Assembly (NCBI GenBank): GCA_963835065.1
Contig: CAWIEK010000063.1
Location: 64,001 to 128,000 of the forward strand
Length of the DNA stretch: 64,000 nucleotides
Source: an uncultured Chthonomonadaceae bacterium
GTDB taxonomy: Bacteria > Armatimonadota > Chthonomonadetes > Chthonomonadales > Chthonomonadaceae
Reading direction: 5' to 3'
Shown: positions 1 to 9,067 of the stretch, piece by piece
How positions within the stretch are numbered: the first letter of the stretch is position 1
Layout of the letters: each line of letters begins with the position of its first letter
Translations under genes and position numbers: made by a program
Notes under the pieces: model-generated
The model's database searches: none
The model's input: the letters and a program-made list of their open reading frames with translations, nothing else
Told to the model about the DNA's origin: nothing

Positions 1-474
1 TGTTCGGAACCTCTGACGTTCGGCGTGGGCGGCGTGGCCCGTTCCCTCCGCGCCCGCAGTTTCTTTTTGTCGCAAATCACCGCCCTGTTCGCGTGGCGGC
101 TGCTGGAACAACTGGAACTCCCGCCCGGCAATCTGCTGCTCGACGCTGCGGGCAAGTTCTACCTGCTGTTCGCGCCCACGCCCCGCGCCCTTGCGATTGT
201 GGAACAGGCCCGGTGCGAAGCCGCCGTCTGGTGTCTCCACGAACTGCACGGCGAACTGGCCCTCAACGTCGGCGTCACCCGCTTTCCGCTTTCCGCCTTC
301 ACGGATGGCAGTATCGCCCGCGCGTGGCAGGACGCGCAGCAGTCTATCGCGCAGGCCAAGCAGCAGAAATTACGGGACGCGCTGCAAATCTTGGACGGGC
401 AATGGCCGGGTTGTTTAACTCCGATTGTGGCCGGTGACAGGCGTAACAGTCGTTTCACCCCATCACGATGTTGA
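1..474 (+). pseudogene. cas10: Truncated Cas10/Csm1 (type III CRISPR large subunit), Palm1-region fragment
   Basis: GGVARSLRARSFFL...LELPPGNLLLDAAGKFYLLFAP resembles the Csm1 LRxRSFxL...NxLxxxGGxFYLL segment. The frame runs off the left edge and ends at the convergent leuS 3' end without the GGDD Palm2 domain. Confidence 0.7.
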
Positions 475-3320
475 CCAGCTTGCCGGGTACGACGATTACT
501 TTGCGGATTTGCTTGCCGTTTTGCTCGGCCTGCACTTTTTCGCTTGCCAATGCCAGACGCTCGATTTCCTCGTTTGCCGTGCCGGGAGCGACCATCACGC
601 GATCCCGCAGCTTGCCGTTGACCTGGACGACAATGGTAATCTCGTCTTCTTTGGCGGCTTCCTCATCCACGCTCGGCCACGATTGCCGGAACGTGCTGCC
701 CACTTTGCCCAATCGCTCCCACCATTCGTCGGCCAGATGGGGCGTAATGGGCGACATCAGCAGGGGCAGGGTTTCCAGAACTTCCGACAGCAGCGTGGTT
801 TGCGCGGGCGAAGGCTGATTGCCCGCCAAAGCGTTGCGGAAAGCGGACAGTTCGTTGGTAAACTCCATCAGCATGGCAACCGCCGTGTTGAAGCGGAAGT
901 TTTCCAGATCGTCGCCCACCTTGCGTATCGTCTGGTGCAGCTTGCGGCGCAGTTTACGCTCGTCCTCGCCCAGCCATAATGGGTTCTGGTCGCCTTCATC
1001 GGTATTGATTTCGCGCTGCGTCAGCAGATTGGGCAGGTCACGCTTCCAATCGGCCTGATAGTGCGGGCGCAGTTCCGTCCACAAGCGCCATACGCGATTC
1101 ACGAACTTAAACGCGGCCTCAATGCCCTTGTCCGTCCATTGCACCGTTTCTTCAAAGGGCGCGACGAACAGGCCGAACAAGCGCAGGCTGTCCGCGCCGT
1201 ACTGATGCGCCATGTCGTCGGGCGTGACCACGTTGCGCATGCTTTTGCTCATCTTGACCCACCGCCATACCCATTCGTTTTCCGGCACGGCGGCCCGCTC
1301 TTCGGGCAGCAGCACCTTCCAGTTTTCGATGGGTTCGCCGCTGTCGTTTTCCTCCCCTGCCGCGTTGACTTCCACGTCCTTTTTGATTTCGCGTCCGGGC
1401 GTATAGGCCAACAACATGCCCTGATTTTTCAGGCGCAGAAACGGCTCGTCGAAATTGATGTACCCGGCGTCATGGATTACTTTCGTCCAGAAGCGCGAGT
1501 ACAGCAGGTGCGACACGGCATGTTCCGCGCCGCCCACGTACAGGTCAACCGGCAGCCAGTATTTCACGATTTCCGGGTCGAACGCCTGCATCGCGTTGTT
1601 CGGGTCGGCAAAGCGCAAAAAGTACCATGAGGAGCAGGCCGTGCCGCCCATCGTGTCGGTTTCGCGTTTGGCCGGTTCGCCGCACTTAGGACAGGTGGTA
1701 TTTACAAATTCCGGGATGCCCGCCAGGGGTGACTCGCCCGTTCCTGTCGGCTGATATTTTTCCACGTCCGGCAGCAGCACGGGCAATTGGTCGTCGGGAA
1801 CGGGAACGTCGCCGCACGCCGGGCAGTGAATAATCGGAATCGGGACGCCCCAATACCGCTGCCGCGAAATCAGCCAGTCGCGCAGGCGGTAGTTGATAAC
1901 GCCCTTGCCGACATTGCGCTCTTCCAGCCAGCGAATGATTGCGCCGACGGTTTCCTTGTTGTTGGGCAGGCCGGCAAACGGGAACTCGGTTCCGGCCTGG
2001 GCGTTCGGCAGGGGCATAAAGTTCGCCATCACGCCGCCCGCAGGCGCGGCTTCCGTCATCGCGTCCGCCGTCTGTTCCGCATCCGTCTTGTATACCAGCA
2101 CAACCGGAATGTCGTACTTGCGGGCAAACTCGAAGTCGCGCTGATCGTGCGCGGGAACCGCCATAATCGCGCCCGTGCCGTAGCCCATCAGGACGTAATC
2201 GGCAATCCAGATCGGAATGGGTTCGCCCGTGACCGGGTTTTCCGCATAAGCGCCCGTAAACACGCCTGTCTTGGTACGCTCCAAACTTTGCCGCTCGATC
2301 TCGCTTGCCCGCTGCGCCCGTTCTTTATATTCGCGCACCGCATTTGCCTGTGCGGGCGTGGTAATCTGCTCCACCAAAGGGTGTTCGGGAGCCAGCACCA
2401 TAAACGTCGCGCCCCACAGCGTGTCGGGACGGGTGGTAAATACGGAGAGGGTGTCGGGTGTCGGGTGTCGGGTGTCGGAAGAAGCGGACGTGGCATCACT
2501 GCCGGCATTCGCTTTCGATACCCGATACCCGACACCCGACACCCTGAACGCGACTTCCGCCCCCTCGCTTCTGCCGATCCATTCGCGCTGCATGTTGCGG
2601 ATGCCGTCGGGCCAGTCTACCGTGTCCAGGCCGGACAGCAGGCGCTCGGCGTAATCGGTGATTTTGAAGAACCACTGGGGAATGTAGCGCTTTTCCACCA
2701 GGGTTTGGCAGCGCCAGCAGCGCCCATTGACGACTTCCTCATTCGCCAGAACGGTCTTGTCTTTGGGACACCAGTTGACGGCGGCGTTGGAGCGGTACGC
2801 CAGGCCGCGCTTGTGCAGCAGCAGGAATATCCACTGCGTCCACTTGTAGTAATCGGGGGCGCTGCTGTTGATTTCCCGCGACCAGTCGTAGGAGATGCCG
2901 ACCAGTTGCAATTGCCGCTTATAGTTGGCGGCGTATTCGGGAACCATATCTTTGGGATTGCGCCCCTGCTTGATGGCCTCGTTTTCCGCCGGCTGCCCGA
3001 AAGCGTCCCAGCCCATCGGGTGCAGCACATTATAGCCCTGCATACTCTTCAAGCGGCTCACGGCGTCCAAGGGCACATAATTGCGGCAGTGTCCCACGCT
3101 GATACCCGCGCCAGACGGGTAGGGAAAGAAGTCCAGGCCGTAGAATTTAGGTCTGTCACTCGGAATTCTCGACCCGAAACAAGCCCGTTTCTTCCCAACG
3201 CGCCTGCCACTTGCGTTCAATGGCGCGAAAGTCGTAGCGGTTTTCGTTTTGCTCCGCGCTCGGCTCGTTGTCAGGAGCGTCAATGGAACCCGGAACCTCG
3301 TTGATACTGGCAGTCGTCAT
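455..3320 (-). CDS. leuS: Leucine--tRNA ligase, with one frameshift near 3160 (probably an assembly indel)
   Basis: FPYPSG..SVGH (HIGH-like), GWDAFG, TTRPDTL (CP1 domain), DWLISRQRYWG and KMSKS motifs. The N-terminus (YDFRAIERKWQARW) lies in a different frame starting at ATG 3320. Confidence 0.95.
2448..2545. repeat. In-frame inverted heptamer element (GGGTGTC)n...(GAYACCC)n inside leuS
   Basis: Four tandem 7-mers, a spacer, then four complementary 7-mers. Encodes RVSGVGYRVS...DTRHPTPDT. Confidence 0.9.
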
Positions 3321-3351
3321 GGTAAGCCTCTGGTGGTAAGTTGGTGATTGA

Positions 3352-3390
3352 TAAAAAGAAACCCGGTCAACCGCGTTGCGGTCGCCGGGG
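3352..3390 (-). terminator. Attenuator terminator upstream of leuS
   Basis: On the minus strand: CCCGG-CGACCGC-aac-GCGGTTG-a-CCGGG followed by TTTCTTTTT. Confidence 0.8.
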
Positions 3391-3420
3391 GACGTGCATC
3401 GAAAAAGGTCGGCCAACCGC

Positions 3421-3516
3421 TCAAAAAGAGACGCGCAAAAGCGCAAGGCTCTGAAGAAGGAGCGTGGCAAGCCGCGCAGAGGCGGGAAAAGAACGGTTGT
3501 GCGTCGAATAAGCCAT
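3421..3516 (-). CDS. Leu-rich leader peptide (31 aa) of a leuS attenuator
   Basis: MAYSTHNRSFPASARLATLLLQSLALLRVSF* with 7 Leu codons clustered in the C-terminal half, immediately upstream of the terminator. Confidence 0.75.
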   Translation of the reverse strand: MAYSTHNRSFPASARLATLLLQSLALLRVSF

Positions 3517-3636
3517 TGAATTTATATCAAATTTATAGCCGGGTTTCTACCCTGACAAGACCGGAGGGGAACGGCAAAAGTTGCGCGTCCCAACAGTTGT
3601 ATCATTATACGCTTTACATACGGTTTCGTCAACGGC

Positions 3637-5058
3637 TTACGCGGGTTGGCGCAAAACGAGCGGCACAAGAGCTTGATCTTCCAGAATGGTTTTAACGCGG
3701 CTGGAAGCCGCAAGCGCGCGGATACCTTCCGGGGTTGTTTCCACAGGAAGCACACCGAGAGCATTGGGACGTTCCGCTAATCGTTTTCCGGCAGTCTGCG
3801 CAAGGATAAGATCAATTTCCGGCAGAACAGCCTCCGTCAAATTGCGTACTGCCTGCGCAAGTTCCTGACGCTCGGCGCGGGTGCGCGGCGGTTTTTCAGG
3901 AGCGGCAACGCCGGAAACGTGCGGGGTTGCCATAGACGTGCCATTCATGTAGGTATACTCAACCGTACCCGTCGGACGTTCCGCGGCGGAATACAGGAGT
4001 ATACCTGTACGCCGGGGGCGGCGACATCGGGCTTTGTGACCGAATCCGGCGTTTCGCCGGGAAAGACCAAACTTGCGCCGCTGCTGAACGCGGCAATGTC
4101 CAACTTGCCGCCGGGCATCTTTTCCACCGCGCCGACAGAGAACGTATTATAGACGCTGCCGGGACAACTGGTGTTACCATGATTTTCGTTACCGATAGCC
4201 ACAACGGGCAAGATGTTGTACAGTTCGATCAGCGGCCTGAGAACTTCCACAAAGGGTCCGTAAAAGTATAAGTTCCCGTTTGCAAAGGTCAGCGTTCCCG
4301 CCTGTTCGGGAAGTTATACTTTTACGAACCCAAAGTAGGGTTCATAGTAGGTGAAGCCAAGCGACATATTGATGATGTCTACACCGTGATCCACCGCCCA
4401 ATCAATACCCTCCACCAGTGTTCGCAGCGTCGAGTCGCCAACCAGAACGCCGCCGACAAAAAGATTGGCTTCGGGCGCGACGCCGATGGCAACGCCTTCC
4501 GGGGTTTTGCCGCCCGCAATCGTGCCGCAAACATGCGTACCGTGCATCCCCGCATCGAACGAAAGGCTGGAAGTAATACGCCGTCCTAACGGGTCAACAA
4601 GGATAAATTCTGCAATACGATCCCGCAAGGCCGGATGTTCGCCATGAACGCCGTATCCAGAACGGCTACATTGATATCGGCTCCTCTGGTCTGCTCCCAT
4701 AGTTTTGGGATGCCAAGCTGTTTCAATCCCCAGGTTACGCCGTCCTTGCTTTCCTGACGGCCTAACTCGTTGTAGTTGACTTCTTTTGACTGAATCAGGC
4801 GTATCTTCTGATTCGGCAGAATAGCGATCACTTCCGGCCTTGCGGCAAGGTCGGGCAGCGTTTTCCGAGTCACTTCCACATTGGCAATCGGCAGCGTGGT
4901 TTTGCCAATTGCGGATACTGCCAATTCCTGATGGCCGGGAAGCTGTTTGGAACCTTTCGCCTGATAATCTTCCAGAAAAGCGGCCTGAACCTGCGAGAAT
5001 GGCAAACAGGTAGACAAATCCTTTCGGTAAGGGAATAGAGGGGAGGTCGCAACTCCAC
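3637..5058 (-). pseudogene. Fragmented S8 subtilase, fused at its 3' end to a small propeptide-like ORF
   Basis: Catalytic motifs VAVLDT, HGTHVCGTIAG, AIGN and GTSMATPHVSG are split over four frames; the 5' end is cut by an IS remnant. Confidence 0.8.
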
Positions 5059-5059
5059 A

Positions 5060-5216
5060 GGCGAGAGTGTGGTTGCCCTTGACCACTTCCAGAGCCAGTT
5101 TTGCTTTGAACTCGGCAGAATAGCGTTTACGGGTTGTAGACATGGTAGGTTCTCCTGTGTTCATTGTGACACAGCCACCACCTTAAACCACTGTCCGAAT
5201 TCTTGGGGTCATTATA
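5060..5216 (-). mobile_element. IS3-family left end plus the first ~28 codons of transposase OrfA (remnant)
   Basis: MSTTRKRYSAEFKAKLALEVVKG is a typical IS3 OrfA HTH start. It is preceded by an IR-like end TATAATGACCCCAAGAATTCGGACAGT. Confidence 0.7.
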
Positions 5217-5639
5217 CTCTTACCGCTCGTGGACGAAGCGCAGCTTGCCGACATTGTTGCCGCGCAGGAAGGCTATCCCCGCCGCCTGATCGGTTCGGAC
5301 CAGAAACTCATGATCAACGGCCGGCCCCTTTCCCTGCCCGCGCCCCTCGCATACGCCAACGGACGCTGGCTTGCCCCCGCAGAAGCCGTCGCGCAGGCAA
5401 TGGGCGGGCAGGTCACGAAAACGGGCGAGGACGTCAGCATCACAGCGGGGCGTCCTACGCTTGTTCTGCATCCCCTGCAAACATCGGTAGAATTCGACGG
5501 CCAGAAAAAACCCAACTTCCCCTGCGCCAGCATGGACGGCATCGCCTACGCCTCCCTGCGCACCCTCGCCGCCCTCTTCAACACTGCCATCACGGAACCT
5601 GCGAAGGGAACGCTGAACATGCAGATTGCACAGAAATGA
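5217..5639 (+). pseudogene. 5'-truncated paralog of the downstream L,D-transpeptidase (C-terminal Cu-amine-oxidase-N-like domain only)
   Basis: DEAQLADIVAAQEGYPRRLIGSDQKLMING aligns with DDVNLRRIIGNQSGVPQVLLGTDQKIKVNG of 5837..7057. It begins right at the IS end. Confidence 0.7.
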
Positions 5640-5713
5640 ACCACCAAGACACAAAGAACACCAAGTTTTCTATTCTTGTCTTTTCTTGGTGTTCTTTGTG
5701 TCTTGGTGGTTCA
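5637..5713. repeat. 29-bp perfect inverted repeat built from 9-mer units
   Basis: TGAACCACCAAGACACAAAGAACACCAAG (5637-5665) and its exact complement (5685-5713). Confidence 0.9.
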
Positions 5714-5836
5714 AACGAAATCTTGATGGTCCCAAACAGCCTTCGGAACAGGCAGGCGGCGGTTTGCGTCTGCTGAGGGAAAGGCCGCGAGCGTTGCTGA
5801 CCGCACAAGGAACGCCGCGCGAGAAACATTAAAAGC

Positions 5837-7057
5837 ATGATAGGCAGTAAGTGGGCGAGGTTGTGGGGCATTGTTTGTGGTATCGGAATGGGTTTGGGAG
5901 CGCGGGCGGGCGCGGCAGTCGGTATCGAGCCGATGGTGGGCGCGAACGCCAAATATATTGTGCGCAAGGGCGATACGCTGCTGAAAATCGCGCGGCGCAA
6001 CAATCTAACGCTGTCGGTTTTGGCGCAGGCGAACCGGGGAAAAGGCAGGCGCGTTCGACCGGGGCAGACGGTGATTTTGCCTTCTCTTTATATCCTGCCG
6101 CGCAATCCACAGGACGGCATTGTAATCAATGTGCCGGAGCGTCAGGTGTATTTGTTTGAGGGCGGCGCATTACGCGCCCATTACCCCGTTTGCGTCGGCA
6201 AGCCCGATCCCAAATGGCAGACGGCATTGGGAACCTTCAAACTTGTTGAGAAAAAGACCAATCCTACGTGGCGTCCGACCAAATCCATTGTAGAAAGTTC
6301 CGGCATCAAGGACGAACCCGTGCCGCCCGGTCAGGAAAACCCGCTTGGCGACCGCTGGATGGGCTGGAGCAAGCCGGGCTTCGGCTTCCACAGCACCATT
6401 GCGCCGCAAAGTATCGGAACCGCGTCTTCGCACGGCTGCGTTCGCCTGTACCCCGAATCTGCTCACGCTATGTATGACCGCGTGAAAACGGGCATGACCA
6501 TTTATGCCGTTTATGAGCCGGTAAAAATCGGCAAAAGCAACGGCAAGCTGTTCCTGAGCGTATTTCCAGACATCTACCATCAGGGCGTGGCAAGTGTGCC
6601 GCACGTGCAGAAGATTTTGCAGCAGTTTGGCCTGCTTGCCTTCACGGATGATGTTAATCTACGCCGCATTATTGGCAATCAATCGGGCGTCCCGCAGGTT
6701 CTGCTTGGCACGGATCAGAAGATCAAGGTGAACGGCAAAGTGGTGGCATTGCCGCTTGCGCCCATTTCGGTACGCGGCAGTTGGGTCGTTCCCGCAAAAG
6801 AAATGACAGGCGCGTTGGGCGGGCAGGTCGCTTCGGCAGGCAAGAACAGCATTACTGTCACCTGTAAAGGCCACAGCCTGCTGCTCACTGAAGGAACCAA
6901 ACGCGCGAAATTGGACGGCAAGCCCATTACTCTGCCCATTGCGCCCGGACGTATCCAATCCGTCCTTGTCGCGCCCCTCGCCCCGCTTGCGCAGGTGTGC
7001 GGCGCGGCCCTGACGCACCCGAAAGGGCAGGCGATTGCCTTAAACGTGAAGGGCTGA
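5837..7057 (+). CDS. LysM-YkuD L,D-transpeptidase with C-terminal Cu-amine-oxidase-N-like domain
   Basis: Signal peptide, LysM (YIVRKGDTLLKIA) and the YkuD catalytic motif GFH...SHGCVRL. Confidence 0.9.
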   Translation: MIGSKWARLWGIVCGIGMGLGARAGAAVGIEPMVGANAKYIVRKGDTLLKIARRNNLTLSVLAQANRGKGRRVRPGQTVILPSLYILPRNPQDGIVINVPERQVYLFEGGALRAHYPVCVGKPDPKWQTALGTFKLVEKKTNPTWRPTKSIVESSGIKDEPVPPGQENPLGDRWMGWSKPGFGFHSTIAPQSIGTASSHGCVRLYPESAHAMYDRVKTGMTIYAVYEPVKIGKSNGKLFLSVFPDIYHQGVASVPHVQKILQQFGLLAFTDDVNLRRIIGNQSGVPQVLLGTDQKIKVNGKVVALPLAPISVRGSWVVPAKEMTGALGGQVASAGKNSITVTCKGHSLLLTEGTKRAKLDGKPITLPIAPGRIQSVLVAPLAPLAQVCGAALTHPKGQAIALNVKG

Positions 7058-7107
7058 GTACATGCCGGTAGGCTATAGAACTGTTACGCTATAGAAGAGG
7101 ATGATGT

Positions 7108-8403
7108 ATGAATAGAGAAAAGTCGCGGGAACTGTTTGCGCAGGCGACGGCTGTAATTCCGGGCGGCGTGAATTCACCCGTGCGGGCGTTTCGGGCGGTG
7201 GGCGGCGATCCCCTGTTCATCGAGCGGGGCGAGGGCGCGCATCTGTACGACGCGGACGGCAACCGCTTTTTGGACTGCATCGGGTCATGGGGGCCGCTGG
7301 TGTTGGGACACGCGCACCCGCAGATTATGGAAGCGATTCGGGATCAGCTTGCCAGAGGAACCACGTTTGGAGCGCCGACGGCATTGGAAGTGCAGATCGC
7401 GCAAATGATCTGCGAGGCCGTGCCGAGCGTGCAAAAAGTGCGGCTCGTTTCGTCCGGCACGGAAGCCACTATGAGCGCGATACGGGTGGCGCGGGGCTAT
7501 ACGGGCCGAGATAAAATCGTCAAGTTCGAGGGAAATTATCACGGCCACGCGGATTTTCTGCTTGCCAAAGCCGGGTCAGGAATCGCCACGCTTGGCCTGC
7601 CAGAATGTGCGGGCGTACCGGTAGGAACAACCGCCGACACGCTCACGCTTCCCTACAACGATGTTCAGGCCGTCCGGGATTTGTTCGACGCGCAGGGCGA
7701 TACTATCGCCTGCGTGATCGTGGAACCGGTTGTCGGCAACATGGGCTGTGTGCCGCCCCACGCCGATTTTCTCCCCGCCCTGCGCGAAGTGACGGCAGCC
7801 AACGGCAGCGTTCTTATCTTCGACGAAGTGATGACTGGCTTCCGGCTGGCGTATGGCGGCGCGCAGGAACGCTACGGCATCGCGCCCGATATGACCACAT
7901 TAGGCAAAATCGTGGGTGGCGGCCTGCCGCTCGGCGCGTATGGCGGCCATGCCGAAATCATGGACTCGGTTGCGCCCGTAGGGCCCGTCTATCAGGCGGG
8001 AACGCTGTCCGGCAACCCCGTCGCCGTCACGGCGGGATTAGCCATGCTGCGCCTACTCCGCGCCAACAAAGCCGAAATCTACCCACGATTGGAAACAATC
8101 GGCGCGCGATTGGCGGACGGCCTGCGCCTGCTTGCCCGAAACCACAACATTCCCGCCGTCGTCAATCAGGTAGGCTCTATGCTGACCGTGTTCTTCACGG
8201 ACGCAGAGGAAGTGACGGACTACGCTTCCGCCAAAACCAGCGACACCACGCGCTTCGGCAATTGGTTCCGCGCTCTCCTGGAGGAGGGCGTGTACTGGCC
8301 CCCCTCCCAATTTGAAGCCGCTTTTCTGTCCGCCGCCATGACGGACGACGATATTGCCTTTCTGCTGGCAGGGGCTGGGAAGGCTTTTGAAGGGGTGAGA
8401 TGA
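7108..8403 (+). CDS. hemL: Glutamate-1-semialdehyde 2,1-aminomutase
   Basis: [37 protein letters not shown] and [10 protein letters not shown] motifs. Confidence 0.97.
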   Translation: MNREKSRELFAQATAVIPGGVNSPVRAFRAVGGDPLFIERGEGAHLYDADGNRFLDCIGSWGPLVLGHAHPQIMEAIRDQLARGTTFGAPTALEVQIAQMICEAVPSVQKVRLVSSGTEATMSAIRVARGYTGRDKIVKFEGNYHGHADFLLAKAGSGIATLGLPECAGVPVGTTADTLTLPYNDVQAVRDLFDAQGDTIACVIVEPVVGNMGCVPPHADFLPALREVTAANGSVLIFDEVMTGFRLAYGGAQERYGIAPDMTTLGKIVGGGLPLGAYGGHAEIMDSVAPVGPVYQAGTLSGNPVAVTAGLAMLRLLRANKAEIYPRLETIGARLADGLRLLARNHNIPAVVNQVGSMLTVFFTDAEEVTDYASAKTSDTTRFGNWFRALLEEGVYWPPSQFEAAFLSAAMTDDDIAFLLAGAGKAFEGVR

Positions 8404-8906
8404 GAAAACCGCGTTACGGGCGTCCCAACCGGGCGAGTTTGTTGGGCGTGATGTTGCTGAATGGGCTGGTCGGGGCGATAGTGTTGTATCTGGTGTGTAC
8501 CCTGTTCGGCGTCAGCACAATTATTTTGAACGGGCTGGCCGCGCATGGAATTCAGGTTTCAGAAAGATGGAGCGTGGTGCTGCCGATGCTGCCCGGCGTG
8601 GCAATCGGCATGGGGTGTTTGTGGTACTGGCTCGTCATTATCGGGCGGACAAAAGGCGTGCAATGGGGCGGGGCGCTGGTGTACGGCGGCGTCCTCGCAG
8701 CCTGCAACGTGCCGATAGCGGGCCTGATTTTAGGGCTTGCGGAAGGCGTTCCCTCCGACCAATTGCTGATGCTGATGCTGATCGCCCTCGCCCTGATGAT
8801 GCTTTCCCCCGCCATGATTGTGGCGATGCTGCTGTCCGGCGGCATTATGGGCCTGTTCAACGCCCGGCTGGCCCATGCGTGGATTGCGTGGTATAAGAAG
8901 GTGTAG
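8400..8906 (+). CDS. Hypothetical multi-pass membrane protein
   Basis: About four hydrophobic segments; the start overlaps the hemL stop (ATGA). Confidence 0.7.
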   Translation: MRKPRYGRPNRASLLGVMLLNGLVGAIVLYLVCTLFGVSTIILNGLAAHGIQVSERWSVVLPMLPGVAIGMGCLWYWLVIIGRTKGVQWGGALVYGGVLAACNVPIAGLILGLAEGVPSDQLLMLMLIALALMMLSPAMIVAMLLSGGIMGLFNARLAHAWIAWYKKV

Positions 8907-9067
8907 GGTGTTGGGTGTTGGGGGAACATCCATACTCATGCTCTTACCAAATATGTCGAACAAGGTTGACGCCAGATGCAGCAAATCCCAAACCCAACAC
9001 CCAACACTCAACACTCAACACCCTTCATGGATGTGCCCCCGACACCCGACACCCGACACCCTACACC
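8900..9067. repeat. Inverted-repeat heptamer element spanning a stop codon and the next start codon
   Basis: Left arm GGTGTAGGGTGTTGGGTGTTGGGGGAACATCCAT pairs with right arm ATGGATGTGCCCCCGACACCCGACACCCGACACCCTACACC. An internal (CAACACY)n run is also present. Confidence 0.85.

Noticed and set aside
3150..3185. Programmed frameshift in leuS
   Set aside because: No slippery heptamer or homopolymer is evident, and similar indels are scattered across the window.
3321..3560. T-box riboswitch upstream of leuS
   Set aside because: No T-box consensus (AAGGTGGTACCGCG-like) is visible; the leader-peptide model fits better.
4586..5164. Transposase-protease fusion protein
   Set aside because: A chance in-frame junction of an IS remnant with a broken subtilase.
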